This document shows, piece by piece, positions 32,201 to 40,383 of a DNA stretch of 59,002 bases (positions are counted from its first letter, which is position 1; every line of letters starts with the position of its first letter). Source of the DNA: Thermoprotei archaeon (GTDB taxonomy: Archaea; Thermoproteota; Nitrososphaeria; Geothermarchaeales; JDFR-13); contig DQXH01000040.1 of the NCBI GenBank assembly GCA_011043415.1, positions 1-59,002 of the forward strand, read 5' to 3'. The position numbers were made by a program, and so were the translations under genes. The notes below the pieces were generated by a model. It was not told the DNA's origin, made no database searches, and saw only the letters and a program-made list of their open reading frames with translations.

Positions 32201-33115
32201 TCTATGTGTGGATGGAGGTATACCAGGTAATTCATTATTAAAGTATGTTGCCACATGAAGCTGTAGAGCATCATAATCATTCTTCAACGCCATGGCAACG
32301 GATCCTGCAGCTTTATCACGCTTAATCTTGTTATTTATCTTTATGACATCTACCAGCTTATGTGTCAGGTCGTCTTCACTACGCTCACCAGTTTCAAGTT
32401 GTATAGATGGCCTTACAGTTAAAGGTGGGACAGGCAACACTGTAAGTATAAGCCATTCAGGCCTCATCGCCTCCTTATCAAACCCATACAGTATCAATTC
32501 ATCGTCGGGAATCCTCTCTAAAATATCTCTAATCTCACTTGGAGAGAGCTCTATCCTTCCTGCCTCAACATGCTTATAGAATTTATAAGGCTTTTCAAAC
32601 TCAATCTTTATACTACTTATACCACAATGTGGACATCTTTCTACGGAGGAAGCCTCCTTAATAACCTTCTTTACAAATGCTTTATACCTATCCGGCAGAT
32701 GCTTCTTTAGAAATTCAGCCCTCTTTATATATACAGGTATCTTCTCAGGGTCTAATTTAATCCTTCCACAATTGTGACAAACCCCTCTTAATGCATTGTA
32801 GATATGATCAGCGAATAGTACGTGGACTACAGGCAGTGACAGTTCAATATGTCCAAAATGACCTGGACAGTGATCCCTATCATTACCACATATTGGACAG
32901 TGTGAACCGGGTTCAGGGGCCCCAAACCTTGGATCTAAGAGGCCTCCGACGGTAGGAGCCCCGACTTCGTCTCGATACGCCTCATTAGTAACTTCAACGA
33001 CAGACATATTCCTAATTATTTGGGGTGATAAAACACCGAACTTAATTTTAGATATTCTATATCTACGCGCCTCTTCTAATAATCCTTTTAATTCACCGAC
33101 TATCCTCTCGCTCAT
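29276..33115 (-). CDS. rpoA: RNA polymerase subunit A, unsplit (A' + A'' in one 1279-aa polypeptide)
   Basis: [27 protein letters not shown] (A' part) and [22 protein letters not shown] to the C-terminus (A'' part) in a single frame. ATG overlaps the rpoB stop (TAATG). Confidence 0.93.
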   Translation of the reverse strand: [1279 protein letters not shown]

Positions 33116-36100
33116 TAAATCACCTCCTCAACATATATCCTAGGATATATCGCCATACTCTTCAACTCATCTAACAGAAGCTTAAATGCATAAGATACAT
33201 TGACAGGAACTAGTGGAGCGTCTGGACCATGGACCGGACACACCAACTTTCTATTTCTAGCATCATAGTAACCTTCTAAACCACATTTTGTACATACGAA
33301 GATAGTTGTCCTATCCGATGCATCAAGTAGACGCTCTTTAATAATCGATGAAGCACCATATGCGACAAATACGTCTTTCTCCATATCACCTATTCTAAGC
33401 CCACCATCTCTCGACCTACCCTCAGTCGGCTGTCGAGTTAGAATCTGGACGGGGCCTCTCGCTCTAGCATGCATCTTATCAGCAACCATATGATGAAGCT
33501 TCTGATAGTATACTATTCCTACGAATATATCAGCTTTAAACTTCTTACCGGTTCTACCGTCGTACATAACTTCGGTTCCCATAGGCTCGAATCCCATGGA
33601 CTTCAGTAACTTACCTAGATCCTCATAATCATACGAGATAAATGGAGTACCATCTACAAATCTACCAGCTAATGCACCGTATTTACCTGCGATGGATTCG
33701 AGGAACTGGCCTACAGTCATCCTTGATGGAAATGCATGTGGATTAATCAGTAGATCTGGTATTATTCCATCTGCAGTATATGGCATGTCTTCTGGAGGAG
33801 CAAGTAGACCTACTACACCCTTCTGCCCATGTCTTGATGCAACCTTATCACCTAATTCAGGGACTCTATGCTCACGTATCTTTACTAATGCAGTTAACTG
33901 TCCCTCTTTATCTAAAGTAAGCACTACTCTATCAACTACTCCAGTAAATTGATCTAGAGTTGTTGAATAATCTCTCTTCTGCTCCGTTAATCCAGCTTCT
34001 TCATATTCCACTAGGAACCTTGGCGGTCCCGTCTTACCTATTACAACATCACCCTTCTCGAGTTTAGCCTCTAAATATGGTAAACCATCTTCTTCAAGAC
34101 TCCTGTATGCGTCCTCGCCAATATAGTTTTTAACGTCTTCACCCGGCTTTTCAAAGCGGTCGCTGACGCCACCGCCATGAAGTCTAGCTGTAGATTCATA
34201 TGTTTTATAGAAGAACGATCTAAACAATCCTCTGTCGACGGCCGCTTTATTAATAACTACAGCATCCTCCATATTATAACTTTCATAAGACATGATAGCT
34301 ACTACTAGATTCTGCCCGACGGGTCTATCGTTCAAGCCGATTAAATCCATAACCCTAGTCTGTACAATTGGCATCTGCGGATACTCAAGTAAATGCCCTC
34401 TCGTATCCATGCGGAGCCTTATATTTGTATATGGAATCCCTAGAGCCTGTTTAGCCATCGCAGCTTCATATGAGTTCCTAGGTGATTGATTATGTTCTGC
34501 AAATGGGATTACTGAAGCAGTTATTCCTAGGAATAAGAATGGAGATAGCTCCAAGTGAGTATGGTCTTTAGTTAATTCCTCCGGGAAGAATGCAGTTAAT
34601 ACATTATACTCCTCATTCGCATCTATCAATTCAATAACACCTATCTTCAGTAGATCCGTGAACTTAAGCTTTCCTTCAGCCACCCGCCTGATATGTTCAT
34701 GCGTCAATAGAGGCTTTCCATCAACCACTCGAATTAATGGACGTAGTATTCTAGCGCTACTCGTCTCAATATATACTTCAGGAACAAGTTTATCCTTATT
34801 ATAATTCCTTACCGCTATACTTATGTCAGGGGGAATTAGACCTCTCCTCCTATATCCTCTCAGTCTTTCGACGAATGTCATTGGATCAGACACAAACCCG
34901 ATAAAATCTCCATTTAAGAAGACTCTAGCGCCGCTCTCCCATAATCTATCATCTGCCTCTTCAACTTTAACCATACCCTCCTCCATTAGGATTCCATATA
35001 TTTTATCTGGGGGATACTCGTTAGAAACTATTGCAGATAAGGCGAGGTTCTTAACTAATCCGATATTCTGACCCTCTGGACTCTCTACAGGACATATCCT
35101 ACCTAGATGTGATGCGTGGACCTCCCGGGCCTCAAACTGCGGCCTACTTCTACTAAGTGGGCTTTGAATCCTTCTTAAATGGCTTAATGTAGATAAGTAA
35201 TTTGTACGATCCAGCATCTGGGTAACTCCAGTAGTTCTCTGTGTCCAAGTTCCAGTAGCTAAGGCGTGATTAAAACGATGTGTAATCTTACTTGAACGAA
35301 CAAGATAAGATAATTGAATTCTAGATTTATACAAATAGTATTTTGTTATATTGTAATGTAGGTCTTTCAATAATGATTTAAGAGATTTTGCAAATATCTG
35401 GCCTAATAAGGGGCCAGCTAATCTCAGACGTTTATTCGCATAATGATCTCTATCATCCGGGTTTCTCCATCCCAATTTAAGTTCAATAGCCCGCCTCACC
35501 ATCTCCGCAAGGAGATAGGCCTTCCTCAATCTATACTCCGGGCCTATACCAACATGTGGGAACAGATACTTATCTAATATATGCCGAGCTCTATTCTTAC
35601 GTCTCTCGATAGGCTGTTGAGCCGCCTGAGTCCTATTACCAATATATAGCAATGCATCTTCCTGGGTGGATACACTCTCATACTTCTTTAATACAGGATA
35701 AAGTTCCTCAATAATTTCTTCCCTCCTAGATACAGCCTCGGCGATCTCACCCTCTTTAACCACTCCTAAAGCTTTCATCACGATCGGGAATGGAATCGGT
35801 GTTAGAGTGAATGGGATTGTGACATATATATTATTCTTTTTCACGGTTACCGTAACATGATTTCTAAGAGAACCTTTTACAGACAGTATCATTGAGATAT
35901 AAACCTTTGTGTTAGATACCTTCTCAACCCTGGTGATTATACTATTCGAAGCGAGATCCTCTAGTGCAACTATAGCTCTCTCACTACCATTAATTATGAA
36001 GTATCCTCCAGGGTCATTTGGATCCTCACCATATCTAATTAACTCCTCCTTAGACTTCCCGTGAAGTACACATATCTTCGATTTAACCATAACTGGAATA

Positions 36101-36498
36101 TGACCAATCTCAACATTATCCTCGATGTATTCAAATCCACCCTGCTTTCTCTTTATAGTAGCTATTATAGGCGCTGCATATGTTAATCCTCTTAATCTAC
36201 ATACTGCAGGTATATAACCACGCTCCTCATCAAGAGGAGAGCCGTCGACATCCTTTATACGAGGCCTATCAACCCTTACATCAGTTATCTCATAGATTAT
36301 CTCATCGTTAGGAGCAATTATTTTAATTATTTTATTTTCTTCAATGATCTCCTTAATTCCCTTCTCAATAAATTCATTATATGAATCTATATGCTGCTTT
36401 GCAAGACCAAACTCTCTTATCATAGCCTCAACTACAGGCCAGGTATCATATTCTAGAGGTTTTGAAACTAGATATTTCTTTATATCTAACCTTCTCAT
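33115..36498 (-). CDS. rpoB: RNA polymerase subunit B (unsplit)
   Basis: Full-length Rpo2: GRICPVESPEGQNIGLVKNLA, SRHGQKGV, GGLRIGDMEKD, C-terminal Zn ribbon CTKCG...CPVHG. ATG at M12 gives a TAA-T-ATG junction with rpoH. Confidence 0.95.
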   Translation of the reverse strand: MRRLDIKKYLVSKPLEYDTWPVVEAMIREFGLAKQHIDSYNEFIEKGIKEIIEENKIIKIIAPNDEIIYEITDVRVDRPRIKDVDGSPLDEERGYIPAVCRLRGLTYAAPIIATIKRKQGGFEYIEDNVEIGHIPVMVKSKICVLHGKSKEELIRYGEDPNDPGGYFIINGSERAIVALEDLASNSIITRVEKVSNTKVYISMILSVKGSLRNHVTVTVKKNNIYVTIPFTLTPIPFPIVMKALGVVKEGEIAEAVSRREEIIEELYPVLKKYESVSTQEDALLYIGNRTQAAQQPIERRKNRARHILDKYLFPHVGIGPEYRLRKAYLLAEMVRRAIELKLGWRNPDDRDHYANKRLRLAGPLLGQIFAKSLKSLLKDLHYNITKYYLYKSRIQLSYLVRSSKITHRFNHALATGTWTQRTTGVTQMLDRTNYLSTLSHLRRIQSPLSRSRPQFEAREVHASHLGRICPVESPEGQNIGLVKNLALSAIVSNEYPPDKIYGILMEEGMVKVEEADDRLWESGARVFLNGDFIGFVSDPMTFVERLRGYRRRGLIPPDISIAVRNYNKDKLVPEVYIETSSARILRPLIRVVDGKPLLTHEHIRRVAEGKLKFTDLLKIGVIELIDANEEYNVLTAFFPEELTKDHTHLELSPFLFLGITASVIPFAEHNQSPRNSYEAAMAKQALGIPYTNIRLRMDTRGHLLEYPQMPIVQTRVMDLIGLNDRPVGQNLVVAIMSYESYNMEDAVVINKAAVDRGLFRSFFYKTYESTARLHGGGVSDRFEKPGEDVKNYIGEDAYRSLEEDGLPYLEAKLEKGDVVIGKTGPPRFLVEYEEAGLTEQKRDYSTTLDQFTGVVDRVVLTLDKEGQLTALVKIREHRVPELGDKVASRHGQKGVVGLLAPPEDMPYTADGIIPDLLINPHAFPSRMTVGQFLESIAGKYGALAGRFVDGTPFISYDYEDLGKLLKSMGFEPMGTEVMYDGRTGKKFKADIFVGIVYYQKLHHMVADKMHARARGPVQILTRQPTEGRSRDGGLRIGDMEKDVFVAYGASSIIKERLLDASDRTTIFVCTKCGLEGYYDARNRKLVCPVHGPDAPLVPVNVSYAFKLLLDELKSMAIYPRIYVEEVI

Positions 36499-36499
36499 A

Positions 36500-36745
36500 T
36501 TAAACCACCAGCCTATAATAGACAGTTTCACCGGCAGTAGGGCTTTTACGTATAATCTTAATCACATCACCCGGCTTAGCTCCAATTACTTTCACAACAG
36601 GATCATTTCGGGATATATATGGTAATTTAAATGGATCTCCCCCAGCATACTTCTTAATAATCTCCTTCTTCTCTCTCTCATCTAGTATAACATGCTTAGG
36701 AACAAGTTTATGAGATAATATAATATTTTTAAGCTTTTCATCCAT
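36500..36745 (-). CDS. rpoH: RNA polymerase subunit H (Rpo5)
   Basis: SHKLVPKHVIL...LP.I...DPV.K.IGAKPGDVIKIIRKSPTAGE.VYYRLVV; 81 aa from the internal ATG. Confidence 0.9.
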   Translation of the reverse strand: MDEKLKNIILSHKLVPKHVILDEREKKEIIKKYAGGDPFKLPYISRNDPVVKVIGAKPGDVIKIIRKSPTAGETVYYRLVV

Positions 36746-36782
36746 ACTCAGTACAACCACCTTCAGATGATATACCAATACC

Positions 36783-36791
36783 TATTTATAA
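36783..36791 (-). promoter_or_regulatory. Putative TATA box of the rpoH-rpoB-rpoA operon
   Basis: Minus-strand TTATAAATA about 40 nt upstream of the rpoH ATG (36745). Positional prediction only. Confidence 0.3.
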
Positions 36792-36880
36792 CACAATATA
36801 CGATTAATTTAAATTTTTATACAATGTAAATTATAGTTAACATCAAAACAATTAAGAAATATATTGTAGAGGGGATAATG

Positions 36881-37014
36881 CGGGCCCGGCGGGATTTGAA
36901 CCCGCGACCCCCGGGTATGAAGCCTTTTTCTTCCCCGGTCCTATCATCCTTACGTCAACGCTTTTATCCATATGGATAAAAGCCCGGTGCTCCACCTGGC
37001 TGAGCTACGGGCCC
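36881..37014 (-). tRNA. tRNA-Lys (anticodon UUU) with a 60-nt intron at 37/38 (intron 36917..36976); CCA not encoded
   Basis: GGGCCCG-TA-GCTC-AGCCAGGTG-GAGC-A-CCGGG-CTTTTA[60 nt]A-CCCGG-GGGTC-GCGGG-TTCAAAT-CCCGC-CGGGCCC-G; mature length 74 nt. Other splice registers give the implausible UCA/UUA anticodons. Confidence 0.8.
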
Positions 37015-37099
37015 GTCCAACGATTCGATATTAATTAGGTAATATATAAAAATTTTTAGCTTTAATTAATTAGTATCCAACCTTAGATTTAGATGCTGG

Positions 37100-37870
37100 T
37101 TGGTTATATTGACGCTATATATTATTGGCTTAGGAATTAGAGAGGAGACTGAGCTTACAGAGAAACTTATCAGTATACTTAGGAGATGTAAATATGTATA
37201 CTGGGAAAATTATACTAGCCCAGCTACATACAACCTTAGCGACATAATAAGAATATTGGAGAGGGAAGTCAGGGTATTGAGAAGAGAGGATTTGGAGGAA
37301 AGAATCGAGGATATTATAGTCGATGCTAAGAAGGAAAATGTAGCAATACTTGTATGCGGAGACCCTTTAATTGCTACTACACATGTAAACATAATTTTAG
37401 AGGCTAAAAGAATGGGGATAGAATATAGAGTCTTTCATGCATCATCTATATTATCCGCTGGAATCGGAGAGAGCGGCCTACATTTATATAAATTTGGTCC
37501 CTCGGGAACGATTGTAAGAGAGGAGAAGGTGTCTAATAAGAGAAACATCGATATTCTTAAGTTTAATCTGGAGAATGGACTCCATACACTATATTTCCTA
37601 GAATATGATAAGGATGAAGAGTATATCATGCCACCATCCTACGCTATTAAAATCCTCTCTAAATACGCTGGAAACATCCTATCTAACTATAATCCATATA
37701 TTATTATATTATGCGGCATAGGGACCCAGAATCCATACAAAAGAGCTTTAAAATACAACGAAGTAATTAAGTTACTGAATAAATTACCTGTAGATAAACC
37801 ATGTATTATTATAGTCAGCGGCCAACTCCATTATATGGAGAAAGAGTATATCGAGAAGGTACTCCGGTGA
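37100..37870 (+). CDS. dph5: Diphthine synthase (Dph5)
   Basis: LYIIGLGI...YWENYTS...CGDPLIATTH tetrapyrrole-methylase-fold signature; TTG start. Confidence 0.88.
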   Translation: MVILTLYIIGLGIREETELTEKLISILRRCKYVYWENYTSPATYNLSDIIRILEREVRVLRREDLEERIEDIIVDAKKENVAILVCGDPLIATTHVNIILEAKRMGIEYRVFHASSILSAGIGESGLHLYKFGPSGTIVREEKVSNKRNIDILKFNLENGLHTLYFLEYDKDEEYIMPPSYAIKILSKYAGNILSNYNPYIIILCGIGTQNPYKRALKYNEVIKLLNKLPVDKPCIIIVSGQLHYMEKEYIEKVLR

Positions 37871-37875
37871 AATAC

Positions 37876-38475
37876 ATGGATATATATAAGGAAGTAATAA
37901 AACACGTCTATATCAGTCAAATAGCCAGGGAGAATACATTGGATAAGATAAAGGAAAAAATAAGATACCCTAATCTTGACGAGATTCTAGAGTCACTTGT
38001 TAATAGAGGGTGTATAGAAATTAAAAATAATAGAGTCTTCGTAACTGAAGATGGAAGAAAATTAATAAAAGTAGGATTGATAGGAGGTACATTTGATATA
38101 ATTCATGTAGGACATATAGCTACATTACATGATGCAAAGAAATTAGTGGATGTTCTGGCAGTCGTAATAGCACGTGATCAAACAGTTTATAAAAATAAGG
38201 GTAGATACCCGATTAATAATGAGATAATGAGGCTTAAAGTAGTAAGCGCACTAAAAGATGTAGATGTAGCTATATTAGGTGATGAAATGGATTTTATGAA
38301 GCCTATCAATATAATAAAACCTGATTATATTTTCCTAGGCTATGATCAAGAGCTTCCAAATGCAATTAAAGATAGAATACCTAATAATATTACAATTGTA
38401 AGGCTTAATACTGAAATAAAGGGGGTTAAGACTACTTATATAATTAGAAAATTAAGAGAGATATTTGGATTGTAA
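37876..38475 (+). CDS. ribL: FAD synthetase RibL-type (FMN adenylyltransferase, cytidylyltransferase fold) with N-terminal winged-helix domain
   Basis: GGTFDIIHVGH (HxGH), VVIARDQTVYKNKGRYPI, ALKDVDVAILG resemble the archaeal RibL core. It is preceded by about 65 aa with a wHTH-like LDEILESLVNRGCIEIKNNRVFVTEDGRKL. ATG at M26 of the track ORF. Confidence 0.7.
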   Translation: MDIYKEVIKHVYISQIARENTLDKIKEKIRYPNLDEILESLVNRGCIEIKNNRVFVTEDGRKLIKVGLIGGTFDIIHVGHIATLHDAKKLVDVLAVVIARDQTVYKNKGRYPINNEIMRLKVVSALKDVDVAILGDEMDFMKPINIIKPDYIFLGYDQELPNAIKDRIPNNITIVRLNTEIKGVKTTYIIRKLREIFGL

Positions 38476-39153
38476 TTACTCCATATTTAGATATATGACG
38501 ACTTTAATTTTATCACCATCCTTCAGTTTAAAAAACCCTCTTAAATATTCTGGGGCGATCACCTCAAGCATATCAAACCCATATATCGATCTCTCAGCAT
38601 ATATTACAGCGCCGTCAATCCTATCATTGATAATCGCTTTAAAAGCCTTTACATCACCGAATACCCTCTCTTTCGTCCTAAAACCCTTAATCTTATAGCC
38701 ATTTAAACGCCTGAGAAGCCTATTTTGGTAGATATAGAAGGGATTCTTTAATCTTACATTAAGAGTCCCAGGATAAGGCTTAAACCCGAGTATCGATTCA
38801 AATTGAGTAACATACTGCTTCCTACTCATATAGTATGCTCCTTCACCCAATCCCGTAGAGACATATCCCTCGAATACAAATCGCCCGGGATTAACATATA
38901 CGTCATTAACATATTTAATATAATCCTCTATCTCCATCAATCCCTTTTCGGTTATCCTGATCCATAGTACCCTATTACGAAGCTCCTTATATATATAATC
39001 CTGTGTATGAAGCTTATTCAAAATTCTAGATACAGACTGCTGACTAACACCTAAAAAATTAGCTAATTCAGTCGTAGGCGCTTTAATCATCTTTTCCCCA
39101 GCACCTAATTTGTATAAGTCAAGTAGATAACTCCGGATTAGACGGATATTCAC
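38476..39153 (-). CDS. ribK: RbkR-type bifunctional CTP-dependent riboflavin kinase / HTH regulator
   Basis: N-terminal HTH TTELANFLGVSQQSVSRILNKL plus archaeal riboflavin kinase core GYVSTGLGEGAYYMS...FKPYPGTLNV. Confidence 0.8.
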   Translation of the reverse strand: MNIRLIRSYLLDLYKLGAGEKMIKAPTTELANFLGVSQQSVSRILNKLHTQDYIYKELRNRVLWIRITEKGLMEIEDYIKYVNDVYVNPGRFVFEGYVSTGLGEGAYYMSRKQYVTQFESILGFKPYPGTLNVRLKNPFYIYQNRLLRRLNGYKIKGFRTKERVFGDVKAFKAIINDRIDGAVIYAERSIYGFDMLEVIAPEYLRGFFKLKDGDKIKVVIYLNME

Positions 39154-39783
39154 CTAAACACCCCTCCTATACTTTACATATATAAAATCTTCTTTAGAAC
39201 GTTCCAATTGAGACCTCAGCTGATCCAGACGTCTTTTATAATCTGGTATAAAGTAATTTGGAAAATATTTGGTAGATAATAATTGATATGAACTTGAAAG
39301 AAAGTTTAGATGATTAGATGCTGAATGTATATCGTCATTAATCAAGTTATCTATATAAAGCCTCCTAACCTCCCCGAGAAACTCGAAATATGATTCGACT
39401 ATTATAGTTTCATCAAATCTCAATAAGTCGTCAATTAAATTATAACTACCTGTAAGATATATATAGAATAAAATTGCTTCGATAGACTCTTTCATAACAT
39501 CCTTAAAAATCCTATATAGCATTTGCTTATCATCATGCTCTACTATAATTGAGTATAGCTCACCAAGCATTTTCATTATATCTATAGTCAGTTTCTTAGC
39601 ATTATCAAAATCATTATTGAAAAGTAGATTAATTAACGATCTATTATATGTAATTAATGTACGTGATTTAGAATAGATTTTATTTCTTAATGAATCGATC
39701 TCTTTATATCTATCTTCCAAGTTGTTTAGTATCTGATTTACGAAAATAAGTAGTCTTTTAGACTCTCCATACAATTTCGACAC
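39154..39783 (-). CDS. Translin-family protein (COG2178-like), tentative
   Basis: All-helical 209 aa; ESYFEFLGEVRRLYIDNL resembles the translin E..G.L.GEL.R motif. Abuts both neighbours with 0-nt spacing. Confidence 0.5.
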   Translation of the reverse strand: MSKLYGESKRLLIFVNQILNNLEDRYKEIDSLRNKIYSKSRTLITYNRSLINLLFNNDFDNAKKLTIDIMKMLGELYSIIVEHDDKQMLYRIFKDVMKESIEAILFYIYLTGSYNLIDDLLRFDETIIVESYFEFLGEVRRLYIDNLINDDIHSASNHLNFLSSSYQLLSTKYFPNYFIPDYKRRLDQLRSQLERSKEDFIYVKYRRGV

Positions 39784-40383
39784 CTAAATTAATGATTTAC
39801 TCACAATTTTATAACCATCTTTATCAATAGTCATTATATCAATTTCACTTCCACTCAATACATCTCTCTTTATCGTAGCCTTGAATGCCTTCAATGCAAT
39901 AGAGAAAGCCTCCTCACTACTTATATCGATTGAATATTCGGAGTCTAGGATTCCAATAGCATTTTCAGCGCCACTACCAATAACTATATAGTCATCTCCT
40001 ATCAAAGAACCGAGTGAGTCAAGTGAATATAACTCAGGTTTATTTAAATAGCCTCCTATGAGAATTTGGGTAAAGTATGGGAATAGTCTTCTGTGATACA
40101 TTATTACAGACGTCAATTTTGCTATCGACCTAACTTCTAAAGGCCTATTTATCGTCCGGTATCTTAAATTCGCGTACCAACTAACTTCTTTAAATAATTC
40201 CTGCATATCGGCTACAATTCCGGCGGCAGCCGCACCTACATAATTTGTAATAGGAAATATCTTTCTTACACCGCTACTCAATACCATATTACCTAGGATA
40301 TAGGCCTTATCAGCTGCGAGTAATACACCTCCATTATATTTTAATCCTATTGCAGTCCCACCGATATAGGACATGAAATCCAC
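39784..40383 (-). CDS. psmB: Proteasome beta subunit, apparently lacking the Thr1 nucleophile
   Basis: Ntn-hydrolase beta-subunit sequence. Ungapped alignment of D17/K33 (AADK...VRKIFPI) places Gly at position 1 (YIG-GTAIGL vs G-TTTVG). Confidence 0.85.
   Translation of the reverse strand: MDFMSYIGGTAIGLKYNGGVLLAADKAYILGNMVLSSGVRKIFPITNYVGAAAAGIVADMQELFKEVSWYANLRYRTINRPLEVRSIAKLTSVIMYHRRLFPYFTQILIGGYLNKPELYSLDSLGSLIGDDYIVIGSGAENAIGILDSEYSIDISSEEAFSIALKAFKATIKRDVLSGSEIDIMTIDKDGYKIVSKSLI

Noticed and set aside
36917-36976. Possible C/D-box sRNA inside the tRNA intron (GGATGATAGG)
   Set aside because: The sequence ATGATAG deviates from RUGAUGA at two positions. No CUGA D box or terminal stem is present.
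36881-37014. Alternative reading of the intron-containing tRNA as an opal-suppressor/Sec tRNA (loop CTTCATA, anticodon UCA)
   Set aside because: It would put U at position 37. The cloverleaf is an ordinary class I tRNA, not a Sec-type 9/4 structure with a long variable arm. The register CUUUUA|A gives the consensus Lys loop.
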